Positions 1 through 8,892 of a stretch of 64,000 nt of DNA are shown one piece after another. The position numbers and the translations under genes were made by a program. The DNA comes from Cenarchaeum sp. (lineage in GTDB: Archaea; Thermoproteota; Nitrososphaeria; Nitrososphaerales; Nitrosopumilaceae): assembly GCA_965206845.1 (NCBI GenBank), contig OZ242221.1, forward strand, positions 256,001 to 320,000, in the 5' to 3' direction. The notes under the pieces are model-generated. The model saw nothing but the letters and a program-made list of their open reading frames with translations. It was not told the origin of the DNA and made no database searches. Within the stretch, counting starts at the first letter, position 1. The number at the start of each line of letters is the position of its first letter.

Positions 1-1
1 C

Positions 2-373
2 CCTCGCAAGGCCGAGATCAAAGGTACGCTCCAGGACCACCTCTGTCATGCGGGGAAACACCGGCTTCTCTGTCACGCCGTCGATACGCGACCTGATCAC
101 GCCGTAGGCCCTCCTGCAGGACTCAATGTTCCCCAGCAGGATGTGGTTCTGCGGGCCCGTGGTGATGCAGCCGCCGTTCTCCCCCACGGCTATTCCCGTG
201 GTGCCCCCAAACACCGACAGCATGTACCCCTCGACGGAGGAGCGTCCGGAGACATAAATCACGCTGTGGCCGCGGCCTGCAAGGTATCGCAGCGCCCAGA
301 CGGCGCCCAGATGTATGCGCCCCCCGCCGTTCTCGGTAATCGTTCCGTCAATGTCCACTGCCAGCGTCTTCAC
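2..373 (-). CDS. HAD-superfamily phosphoglycolate phosphatase-like hydrolase (runs off the window start)
   Basis: Not in the ORF track. Manual translation from GTG at 373: MKTLAVDIDGTITENGGGRIHL...VIYVSGRS...AVGENGG, i.e. HAD motif I DxDGT and the ENG motif of Cof/TA0175-type HADs. Confidence 0.85.
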   Translation of the reverse strand, partial: MKTLAVDIDGTITENGGGRIHLGAVWALRYLAGRGHSVIYVSGRSSVEGYMLSVFGGTTGIAVGENGGCITTGPQNHILLGNIESCRRAYGVIRSRIDGVTEKPVFPRMTEVVLERTFDLGLAR

Positions 374-511
374 AGACCGGCATATGTCTGGCCGGATAAT
401 ATTTGCTACGCATACGCGGGGATCCTGCGCACGCGGCAGTAACCGCACCGGAGCCCCGGTACAGAAGGCTAATAGTAAGTGGCATTGGAAAAAACCTCGG
501 AGTGCGTCTGA

Positions 512-1621
512 ATGGGAATACCTGAGAAGATAAAATCGATCCAGGCCGAGATGGCGCGGACCCAGATCAACAAGGCCACAGAGCACCACCTGGGGCTGCT
601 CAAGGCCAAGATTGCCAAGCTGAAGAGAGAGCAGGAGGATCGGGACGTCAGGAAGAGCGGTGCGAGGCACGACGGGTTTGACGTGAGGCGGACAGGTGAT
701 GCAACGGTGGTCCTCATCGGGCTGCCCAGCGTCGGCAAGTCCACGCTGCTCAACAGTCTGACGGGGGCCCGGTCTGCCGTTGGAGCCTTCCAGTTTACGA
801 CGCTGACCGTGGTTCCGGGCATGATGGAGTACGGCGGGGCAAGAATCCAGATTCTGGACCTGCCGGGAATAATCAAGGGCGCCTCGTCAGGCAAGGGACT
901 GGGCAGGAGGATACTGGCAGTGGCAAGGAGCGCGGATCTGGTGCTGCTGATACTAGACGTGTTTCAGCCGTACCACATGGATGTGCTTGTGGGCGAGCTG
1001 GGCAACATAGGGATCAGGCTCAACCAGCTTCCGCCAAATATTGTCATCGAGAAGGCAGGATCCGGCGGGATCGCCATCGCCCAGCAGACGAGGCTTACGA
1101 AGATCACAGAGAGCCACCTCAGGGACATGCTGCACCTATACGGGGTGACAAACGCCAGGGTGGTCATCCGCGAGGACGTCACATCTGAGCAGCTGGCAGA
1201 CCACCTCATGGGAAACGTCATCTACTCCCGCGGGTTGACGGTGCTAAACAAGATAGATCTGGCAGACGACGACTTCCTGAAGGGCGTCCGAGCCAAGCTC
1301 GGATCCGACATGGCGGAGGTGTCTGCAAACTCTGGCGTCAACACGGATCTGCTCAGGGAGAAGATCTATCGGGAGTTGAGGTTCATCAGGATCTACATGA
1401 GGCCAAAGGGCGGAGAGACCGACTTTGAGGAGCCGTTGATCATGCGGGAGGGCGACACCGTGGAGGACGTGTGCGCCAAGCTTCACCGGAACATGCGAAA
1501 GGTCTTCAGGTACGGCCTGGTGTGGGGAAGAAGCGTAAGGTTTGGCGGCCAGCGGGTCGGACTGGGCCACATCCTGGAGGACGAGGATGCCCTCACCATC
1601 ATCAAAAGGAAGGGAACGTAG
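512..1621 (+). CDS. DRG/OBG-family GTP-binding protein with C-terminal TGS domain
   Basis: TQINKATEHHLGLLKAK, GLPSVGKST, FTT, DLPG, NKID, C-terminal QRVGLGHILEDED. Confidence 0.95.
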   Translation: MGIPEKIKSIQAEMARTQINKATEHHLGLLKAKIAKLKREQEDRDVRKSGARHDGFDVRRTGDATVVLIGLPSVGKSTLLNSLTGARSAVGAFQFTTLTVVPGMMEYGGARIQILDLPGIIKGASSGKGLGRRILAVARSADLVLLILDVFQPYHMDVLVGELGNIGIRLNQLPPNIVIEKAGSGGIAIAQQTRLTKITESHLRDMLHLYGVTNARVVIREDVTSEQLADHLMGNVIYSRGLTVLNKIDLADDDFLKGVRAKLGSDMAEVSANSGVNTDLLREKIYRELRFIRIYMRPKGGETDFEEPLIMREGDTVEDVCAKLHRNMRKVFRYGLVWGRSVRFGGQRVGLGHILEDEDALTIIKRKGT

Positions 1622-1886
1622 CCACGCAGGGCCGCCTCTGGGTGCGCAAGGCCGTCCAGACGGCACCGGTGGCGCGCCAGGCACCCGTGCCATCTCTGCG
1701 GCCGGGGCATGCGGGTATCCACGCCGCAGATCGTGTCAGGATGCGGGGATCCCCCGCGGACACCGCCGCATCTCCGGGCGGATGACGCCATCTGCCGCGC
1801 CTACCGCGTTTGGTAAAACTATTCTTACCAAAACCGAAAAGCTTGCTAACACGGTACAGAATATACAAAGCCAAAAAATAGATGTT

Positions 1887-2696
1887 ATGAAAAACGACAT
1901 AGAGATGGTCGGAAAACAGGTCAAGGACATGTACGGTGCCTCAATGGGCAAGGTGGTAGGGGTTATCACCGACATTGACGGCAGCGTTCAGTTCGTGGGC
2001 GTCTACTCCGGTTACGACGGGTTGCGGCAGATCGCCTACGAGCAGTTGGTGGTCCAAAACGACTCTGTGATCTTTATCCCACTGTGGAGGCTTGATTCTC
2101 AGAAGCTCATACGCGAGAAGAATCTGACACTACGGCGGCTAAAGTCACTCATAGAGATCGTGGCAGACAACGACGAGCTGAAGCAGGATGCAGAGATTGC
2201 ATACTCCAAGTACACGGTAAAGATACAGATGATGGCCAAAACGCAGGATGGGGTAAAGACAGCACTAGCAGCAAGACTGGAAGAACTGGAGGCTCAGCTA
2301 AAGGTACTAAAGATCCTGGTGTTTGACGCCAAGGTGCAGCTCAAAAGCAACGAGATGTCCGAGGAGGCGTACGAGTCAGTCAAGATGCAGACCAGTACGC
2401 TTACCGAGTACATCACGCACGAGACGGCAGAGATAGCGGGCATCCAGCGGCGGCTTGAAGATCTGGACATGGAAATGATGCAGACGATCGAGCCCCCCAA
2501 GGAACACCTGCAGCAGTCTGCAACCATATACCTGCAAGCCGAGGAAGAGATGGCAGACATGCTCCCCAAGGCACCAACAGACCCCGTGCCCGTGAAGAGC
2601 GAGGAGGTTGTCAAAAGCGACGAATCTCCAGATCCGCCGCAGGGCGCGGCGAAAGACACAAAATCCGACTGGCTCTCTCGCATGGAAGCACAGTAG
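1887..2696 (+). CDS. cdvA: CdvA-like cell division protein (PRC-barrel plus coiled coil)
   Basis: Likely start ATG 1887 within ORF 1542..2696; N-terminal GKQVKDMYGASMGKVVGVITDIDG barrel, long helical region, C-terminal DWLSRMEAQ. Confidence 0.8.
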   Translation: MKNDIEMVGKQVKDMYGASMGKVVGVITDIDGSVQFVGVYSGYDGLRQIAYEQLVVQNDSVIFIPLWRLDSQKLIREKNLTLRRLKSLIEIVADNDELKQDAEIAYSKYTVKIQMMAKTQDGVKTALAARLEELEAQLKVLKILVFDAKVQLKSNEMSEEAYESVKMQTSTLTEYITHETAEIAGIQRRLEDLDMEMMQTIEPPKEHLQQSATIYLQAEEEMADMLPKAPTDPVPVKSEEVVKSDESPDPPQGAAKDTKSDWLSRMEAQ

Positions 2697-2714
2697 TCTT
2701 TTTTTCCCTTTTTT
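2697..2714 (+). terminator. Oligo-T archaeal terminator after cdvA
   Basis: T-rich tract immediately after the TAG stop. Confidence 0.6.
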
Positions 2715-2999
2715 AGTATCCTTAGGCTAGCTATGCCGCGCTGCAGGGGTGCCGGGCTGTCTACCGTGCCGGTTCAGGCGCAAGGACATAGACGCATTGC
2801 ACATGCATGTGCCAAGGCAGAGTAGCCGGCCCCATGCGCCATGGAGGGCATGCGGTCTAGCCATTGCGCGGGCCACGCGTCCGCAAGGGCCGCATGTAAA
2901 GCGACAGCAGAAGAGTCCACCCTTGAGGCGATCCCCCCGGACCGATGCGGGCCCGTCACGTCCCCCGGGATCTGGCTGGTCGCATGGGCTCCACATAAC

Positions 3000-3155
3000 C
3001 TATGCAGTGTACGCCCCAGACTCGTCCCCGTCACCTTCGGCCGCACCCTGCTCAAGCCGTTCCCTTCTTCTCTTTATGTAGAGCCAGATCGAGCCGGCAG
3101 CCATGGCCGACAGCAGAATCCAGCCCGCCATCATGAGCTCAATGTGGTACAGCAC
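3000..3155 (-). CDS. Small single-TM membrane protein (51 aa)
   Basis: MLYHIELMMAGWILLSAMAAGSIWLYIKRRRERLEQ...: hydrophobic helix then basic patch; TTTATC box about 25 nt upstream of GTG 3155. Confidence 0.55.
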   Translation of the reverse strand: MLYHIELMMAGWILLSAMAAGSIWLYIKRRRERLEQGAAEGDGDESGAYTA

Positions 3156-3253
3156 GGTATGATGTACCCGCACACACGGATAAAGTTTGGTCTTCGCGAT
3201 GCGGGTCCGGAGCAAGTAGAAAAGCTCAAAAGCGTTTCGGCGCATATAATGGT

Positions 3254-3379
3254 ATGAACTGCGCCGCATGCGAAAAGCGAAAGCATTACGAGTGTATTGA
3301 CTGCCTGAGCGACCACAGGACCCACCTCTGCAGCTGTGCATGCCACGACAAGGACACAAGGCCCCACGGCCAGCAGTAG
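3254..3379 (+). CDS. Small Cys/His-rich putative metal-binding microprotein (41 aa)
   Basis: Manual translation MNCAACEKRKHYECIDCLSDHRTHLCSCACHDKDTRPHGQQ*; 7 Cys and 5 His in CxxC/CxCxCH patterns. Confidence 0.6.
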   Translation: MNCAACEKRKHYECIDCLSDHRTHLCSCACHDKDTRPHGQQ

Positions 3380-3649
3380 GCTGGTTCCGCGATGCACGGC
3401 CCCCGTCGGATCCGGCAGGGTGCCGCCCGTACCAGGTGACCGGATCCTGGATGCCCGTAGCAGGGCAATGCGGTCGCATCCAAGGGGCAACATCCCGCAC
3501 CGGTTTGGGATCCCCTGCAGGAATGGGTGTCAGGCAGAACACGCGCCCACGCTCGACAGCGCACGCCACGGTAGGGCTTGCGTGATCGGGCAAAAAAATC
3601 AAGATTAATAAACGTGAAAAGCTACCTCTGTAAAACCGTGGTAAGCATA

Positions 3650-5359
3650 ATGAAAAATTTTGGAACTCTAGAGTACGTGATAGACAAGTACTCCCAGCAG
3701 TGGAGCTGGAAGGTAACCGGCGCCAGGGCGGTAAGCATGATCTCCCGGATCATTCCCCAGTCTTGGTACGGTGACGGGCCTGATGAAGTGATCATTCCAG
3801 ACAGCAGGGATAACATCCAGCAGATACAGTGGATCCACGAGCAGTACGAGTTTGAGATTCTCTCAAAGCCGGTCTGGCAGAGAAAGACGGTGGTCTTCAA
3901 GCCCAAAAAGACGAGGCTGCCAAAGATCGAGAAGTTGGAGAGGGCCAGGCCCGGTGAGCAGTTCTCCGGGAGGCTGATGAACTTTCAGCGCGAGGGGCTT
4001 GACTTTCTTGTCAAGTCCAACGGAAACGCGTTGCTAGCAGATGAGATGGGCCTGGGGAAGACCGTCCAGACCTTGGCATACCTTGCAACCGAGCAGCGTG
4101 CGTTTCCGGCGCTGATCGTCGCGCCGCTGATAACCCTCAACAACTGGCAGCGCGAGATCCACAAGTTTCTCAAGAGAAAGAGCCGCAACGGCAGAATAAT
4201 CGAGAACCAGCACCCGACATCCACCATAATCAGGACCGGCAAAAAGGGCGAGCTGGGCAAGTATGACTTTTACATAATAAACTACGAGCTGCTCAGCAAG
4301 AGGCTTCCGGACCTGGCCCGTGCCCAGATAAGATCCATAGTGTGCGACGAGGTTCAGAACCTGAGATCCAAGACCACGCAAAAGTATGCCGCAGTGAAGG
4401 AGCTGGCGGTGCATCCCAGCATACGCCGGCGGGTCGGGCTGTCAGGGACCCCGATCTACAACCACGGCTCGGAGATCTGGCCCATCGTGGACATACTGAG
4501 GCCCGGCCTGCTGGGGAACTTTAAGGAGTTCTGCGAATACTTTTGCTATATCAACACCAAGGGCAGGGCCATAGTTTTAGAGAACAGGAGAGACTCGCTG
4601 CGCCAAGAGCTCCAAAAGCATGTCATGCTGAGGAGGAGAAAGTCAGACGTACTCAAGGAGTTGAAGGACAAGGTTCGGTACAAGGAGGTGATAGATACAG
4701 ACACCACATACTACCTGGCGGAGCTGTACAAGATCTGGGACAGGCTGCAGCGGGAGCAGCGCAAGGCTACAACGGCGTTTGACAGGTCCTCATCATACCA
4801 CCGCGCCATCCAGAGCGAGAGACAGGTGGCAGGGGCCGCCAAGATACCGCATGTGATCAACTTTGTCAAGAACATAATGGAGATAGAGGAGAGCGTCGTG
4901 GTCTTCTGCCACCACAGGGCGATTCATCAGATGCTACGCGAGTCCCTGACCGAGTTTGATCCGGCCACCATCATAGGCAGCCAGACGGACAAGGTGCGCC
5001 AGATGCAGATCGACCGCTTTCAGGACGGGTACACAAACCTCATGATTGCGGGTCTCCGGGCCGGGAATGTGGGGATCAACCTTACCAGAGCGCGCTACGT
5101 CATATTTGCCGAGCTTGACTGGAGCCCGGCCATCCACCGGCAGGCAGAAGATCGCCTGCACAGGATAGGCCAGAAGAACACGGTCTTTGCGTACTACCTT
5201 ATCGGCAACGGAACCTTGGACGAGCATGTCGCCAACATACTGGTGGATAAGAGCTACGAGATAGACTCGATAATGGACGGGGACACGGGCTCGTTTGAGA
5301 GCAGCAAAAAGGCCGAGATGATACTGGCGCAAATTCAGGACAAGCTGCGCCCCGGCTAG
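3650..5359 (+). CDS. SNF2/SWI2-family helicase (HARP/SMARCAL1-like)
   Basis: LLADEMGLGKT, DEVQ, LSGTPIYN, GINLT, QAEDRLHRIGQ; start set at ATG 3650. Confidence 0.92.
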   Translation: MKNFGTLEYVIDKYSQQWSWKVTGARAVSMISRIIPQSWYGDGPDEVIIPDSRDNIQQIQWIHEQYEFEILSKPVWQRKTVVFKPKKTRLPKIEKLERARPGEQFSGRLMNFQREGLDFLVKSNGNALLADEMGLGKTVQTLAYLATEQRAFPALIVAPLITLNNWQREIHKFLKRKSRNGRIIENQHPTSTIIRTGKKGELGKYDFYIINYELLSKRLPDLARAQIRSIVCDEVQNLRSKTTQKYAAVKELAVHPSIRRRVGLSGTPIYNHGSEIWPIVDILRPGLLGNFKEFCEYFCYINTKGRAIVLENRRDSLRQELQKHVMLRRRKSDVLKELKDKVRYKEVIDTDTTYYLAELYKIWDRLQREQRKATTAFDRSSSYHRAIQSERQVAGAAKIPHVINFVKNIMEIEESVVVFCHHRAIHQMLRESLTEFDPATIIGSQTDKVRQMQIDRFQDGYTNLMIAGLRAGNVGINLTRARYVIFAELDWSPAIHRQAEDRLHRIGQKNTVFAYYLIGNGTLDEHVANILVDKSYEIDSIMDGDTGSFESSKKAEMILAQIQDKLRPG

Positions 5360-5926
5360 TCACCTGCCTATCTTCTGGCGTATCTGCTCAAGCTTTGAGA
5401 TCATGTCTTGGCGCACCTTCGAGTCCGCATCAAGGCCCCCGATCTGCTCTTCCAGCTGTGCCAGCAGGTGCAGCGCCCCGTCATGGTCACGGCCAGGCAT
5501 GCGCCCATGGGTACCGCCCTCCCTCAGGGCATCCCGGCCGTCGGGAAGTATCTCAAAGAGCTTTTGGATGCCGGAATCGTCCCTGATTGTGGTTATCATG
5601 ACAAGCCCGTTTCGCCTGAGCATCTCGGCCTCCGGCGTGACGGCGGCGCCAGACTCGTTGAGATACGTGCAGATGTCTCCAATGACAAGCGATTTTGTGT
5701 CCAGGACACGCAGAATGCGCACCCACAGCGGAACGTCGTCAGACCAGAGCATCTTCCTGGCCTGATCCGTGACGCAGAACCCGCCGCTCTCGGATGCCTT
5801 CAAAAGGCCCCTGTCGATCAGGGACGCCAGCTGATCAAGTATTCTTCCGGTGCCCAACCTGCCCAGTCGGGACTTGCCGATGTCTGTCTCATTAAGGCAG
5901 CCGTCGCTCAGGACTGCCAGATGCAA
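5360..5926 (-). CDS. Hypothetical protein, probable tandem winged-helix domains
   Basis: 188-aa ORF with wHTH-like segments (LASLIDRGLL...FCVTDQAR; LRRNGLV...FEILPDGR). Confidence 0.6.
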   Translation of the reverse strand: MHLAVLSDGCLNETDIGKSRLGRLGTGRILDQLASLIDRGLLKASESGGFCVTDQARKMLWSDDVPLWVRILRVLDTKSLVIGDICTYLNESGAAVTPEAEMLRRNGLVMITTIRDDSGIQKLFEILPDGRDALREGGTHGRMPGRDHDGALHLLAQLEEQIGGLDADSKVRQDMISKLEQIRQKIGR

Positions 5927-6246
5927 AAATCCAGATCAGTTATGCTTAGTACCGCCACAGCAACCCCACGCCCCCTGATAATTTAACCCTTGACCGCAGC
6001 GAGGGACAGGATTGAACGCGGGCCAGGCTCCAGCATTGCCGCGCCTGCCATCACACATGCCCAAACCCGCGCGGGATGGCCGGGGATATCAGGGCCCAAA
6101 CCCCCTGCCGCCGACTGCCGCGGCTGCGTCCTACAGACATAACCAAATGAGTCAAATCGGCAGAGTCAATTCCGGTTCACATATGCCCGTAGGACACAGC
6201 CGACTGCCGCCTAAAATTTTTATAGAAACCCCGACTAGCAGTGTAA

Positions 6247-6498
6247 ATGGACTTTATGCTGGAGGAGGATCTGATAGACCTGATGACATTCTGCCTCCAG
6301 AACCCCGAATCCCCGGAGGTGTCCGCCAAAAAGCAGAGAATTGTCGAGATCGGATCGGAGATCAACGCAAACGGTGGGGTGGACGCCATGGAGAATTTTT
6401 TCTTCGTCCTAAGGAATCGCATCACGGGCGAAATTGAGAAGGATCCCGAACCCTTCAGGAAGCTCTGGAACGGGATAAACGACTCCTGGCACTACTAG
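6247..6498 (+). CDS. Small hypothetical protein (83 aa)
   Basis: Natural composition; TTTATA box about 25 nt upstream of ATG. Confidence 0.75.
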   Translation: MDFMLEEDLIDLMTFCLQNPESPEVSAKKQRIVEIGSEINANGGVDAMENFFFVLRNRITGEIEKDPEPFRKLWNGINDSWHY

Positions 6499-6631
6499 GC
6501 CCCTCGGAGGCTCTGCGGCTGCCGTCCTGCCGGAACCATCTTGGGGATGCGCGCCGCAAGCAGAACCCCGGCCACGACACAGTCCGGAGGATTCCTGGCT
6601 CACTGCTGCCGGTTCTGGCCGCAGGCTGCGA

Positions 6632-7966
6632 TCATATCTTTATCCGGTAATAGTCCCACCTCTCGGGATCAAACAACGTGACAAACTCGGCGTTCTCGTA
6701 TCCCTGCGCGCGCCGCCTTACCACATCCCGCAGAGCAAAGCCGGTAAGATACTCGTATTTTTTTGAGAGGGCCTGCATGGTAAAGAGGTGCCTCATCTCG
6801 CTGCCGCCCCGCAGGCCCCAGTATCCCATCTTCAGCGGAAACGGCTCCAGGAACACCGTGTTGCCCAGGCCATAGTTCTCATCCTTGATCTCCGGGCGGA
6901 GGGCGTATTCCTCCAGGGAGCCGCCCTTGGCATACCCGACTATCTTGCCGCCTGGACCCTGCCGCCTCAACGTGTTCAGTATCGTCTTTGGGTTCCTGAT
7001 GGACTCCTCGAACCGGTCCCGGGCAAACTGCAGCGGCTTTGGAAGCTGGCAGAAGATCTCAAACAGCTCCTTGGTGAACGCAGGATCCCTGCGGGTCTCC
7101 ATGGACTCGATTACCGGAACCAGGTGGAGGTTGTCGTACAGGTGCTCTGCCTGAATCCTGATCTCCTGCTGCCTCAGAGCAAGGAACGACTGGACATTCT
7201 CCATGAAGTTCTTTCTCATGTCTCTGGGCAGGGAACCCATGACGCGCCGGAGCATGGTGCTGTCGTCGTGAAGCAGATACTCAAAGTATGCGACAGCCCG
7301 CGCGACTATGAGTGACGGGTGCCACGCTGATGCGTGTGCGTTCATCTTGGCCATCTCCATTCCCTTTGAGAACCCGCCCAGCGCGTATCCTCCCACGCGA
7401 TCCGCCACCGACAGAAACCAGCCCAGCTGGGCGATCTCCTCCTGCCTCGGGATGTTGTTTCTGGTAGTCTCAGACGCCATAAAGCACTCCTTCATCTTGG
7501 CCTCTGCGTCATCCCGCAGGCTGCCTGACCACGGATATGTCGTCCTCAGAATCAGCACCTTTACTATCTCGATGTCAAGTCCCGCCAGGCTCAAAAGCCG
7601 CCTCAGGTTTCTCTCCAGCGAGAGAAAGCAGATTACGCTGTCTTCGTGAGGCTTGTCAACACTCTTCTGGGGATCAAAGTCATGAAAGAGCGCAGAGACG
7701 TACAGGTACTTGAGGTCCTCCTCTGTTATGTAACCGTTCGCCATGTCCTGGGACGCTGCAAGAAGGGTCACATAGGTGACCTCCAGCTCGTGATCTATGT
7801 TGTGGTATCCGTAGTAGTCAGAACCCAGCCCCTGCGACTCGAAGAGGTTTATGGTATAATCCAGCATTTCAGAGTAGCAGCTGTCCCCAAGGCCGTTCTC
7901 TGTCGCCACTCTCACTATCTTGTCCCTCAGTGGGTGCCTGTATGCAACCTGCTGCACAGAATTCAT
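6632..7966 (-). CDS. HD-domain protein with C-terminal GNAT-like region
   Basis: YHNIDHELEV...ALFHDFD...SVADRVGG HD motifs; C-terminal IVGYAKGG...VFLEPF...YWGLRGGSEM resembles a GNAT acyl-CoA binding motif; start ATG 7966 (ORF extends to 8005). Confidence 0.75.
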   Translation of the reverse strand: MNSVQQVAYRHPLRDKIVRVATENGLGDSCYSEMLDYTINLFESQGLGSDYYGYHNIDHELEVTYVTLLAASQDMANGYITEEDLKYLYVSALFHDFDPQKSVDKPHEDSVICFLSLERNLRRLLSLAGLDIEIVKVLILRTTYPWSGSLRDDAEAKMKECFMASETTRNNIPRQEEIAQLGWFLSVADRVGGYALGGFSKGMEMAKMNAHASAWHPSLIVARAVAYFEYLLHDDSTMLRRVMGSLPRDMRKNFMENVQSFLALRQQEIRIQAEHLYDNLHLVPVIESMETRRDPAFTKELFEIFCQLPKPLQFARDRFEESIRNPKTILNTLRRQGPGGKIVGYAKGGSLEEYALRPEIKDENYGLGNTVFLEPFPLKMGYWGLRGGSEMRHLFTMQALSKKYEYLTGFALRDVVRRRAQGYENAEFVTLFDPERWDYYRIKI

Positions 7967-8115
7967 CCCGCATCTGCTGTTTTTAAAGATGTGTAATAAT
8001 ACCATGGAGCCGTTGGTAACAGGCGCCGGTCATATGTGGCATACCGTAACAGTTCCGGGGCCGCGCAAGGCATCTTGGAACCCATTGGTAATCAGCGCCA
8101 ATGGCATCCCCGCGC

Positions 8116-8892
8116 CTACACCTCGGCCCAGATTCTTCCCAGGCAGGCCAGCGCGTCTCCGAACATTCTGTTCAGATCCTGCAGCCGGCGGTCCTGGATT
8201 GACAGCGTGTTCTGGTCAAACCACTCATCTGCCAGGTACATGCTGCGGTTCATCTCAACCTGTATCCATGGAAATGGGTTGCCGCCGTACGTCTCTGCTA
8301 TGTATCCCCCGTGAAAGGGATCGTTAAAGCCGATCTCACCTATGCCGACATGAAACGAGTCGGCTATGCAGCAGGCCAGCGCATCCATCATCCCCCGGGA
8401 GCTGGTTCTGCCGTCCCGGTTGGAGATGCAAAACGCCGGCCGCTCCTTCGAGTTCCCGTCAGGCGATACTGCCGGGGCGACTTGAGCCATCGAGTGGCAG
8501 TCAAGGCACAGCTGCAGGTCCATATCTGCAACAGATCTCTGGATGCTTCGGTGGTATGGCAGGTAATACCTGTCGATCAGGATCTTGCGCATCTCCGCGT
8601 CCGGCCCCATGCCAGTGGCGTAGATGGGCCTGCGGTGGCAGGTCGAGCTCTTTATCAGGCCGTCTGGATTCTGCGGCGGCATGTCACGGAGCGACCGGTT
8701 TAGATCGACAAACGCCCGTGCGGTTTCAGAGACGATCACGCCGCTCACCATATCGCCCAGGTTGTATATCCTGTCGACAAACGGGTCCCCGTCATAGAAC
8801 AGGTCGCGGGCCGTTATGCAGAGGCGCCCCTCAAGTTCGGGCGGGGTCTGCGTGCCCCCGTGGGGAATTGACAGCAGGATCGGGAGGCTCAT
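8116..8892 (-). CDS. N-formylglutamate amidohydrolase family protein
   Basis: SIPHGG, RAFVDLNR, YYLPYH, DCHSM, NDPFHGGYI, IQVEMNR; ATGA overlap with the upstream ggt. Confidence 0.9.
   Translation of the reverse strand: MSLPILLSIPHGGTQTPPELEGRLCITARDLFYDGDPFVDRIYNLGDMVSGVIVSETARAFVDLNRSLRDMPPQNPDGLIKSSTCHRRPIYATGMGPDAEMRKILIDRYYLPYHRSIQRSVADMDLQLCLDCHSMAQVAPAVSPDGNSKERPAFCISNRDGRTSSRGMMDALACCIADSFHVGIGEIGFNDPFHGGYIAETYGGNPFPWIQVEMNRSMYLADEWFDQNTLSIQDRRLQDLNRMFGDALACLGRIWAEV

Noticed and set aside
1542-1886. 115-aa N-terminal extension of CdvA
   Set aside because: Overlaps the DRG gene end and an AT-rich promoter-like region; the PRC-barrel pattern starts at ATG 1887
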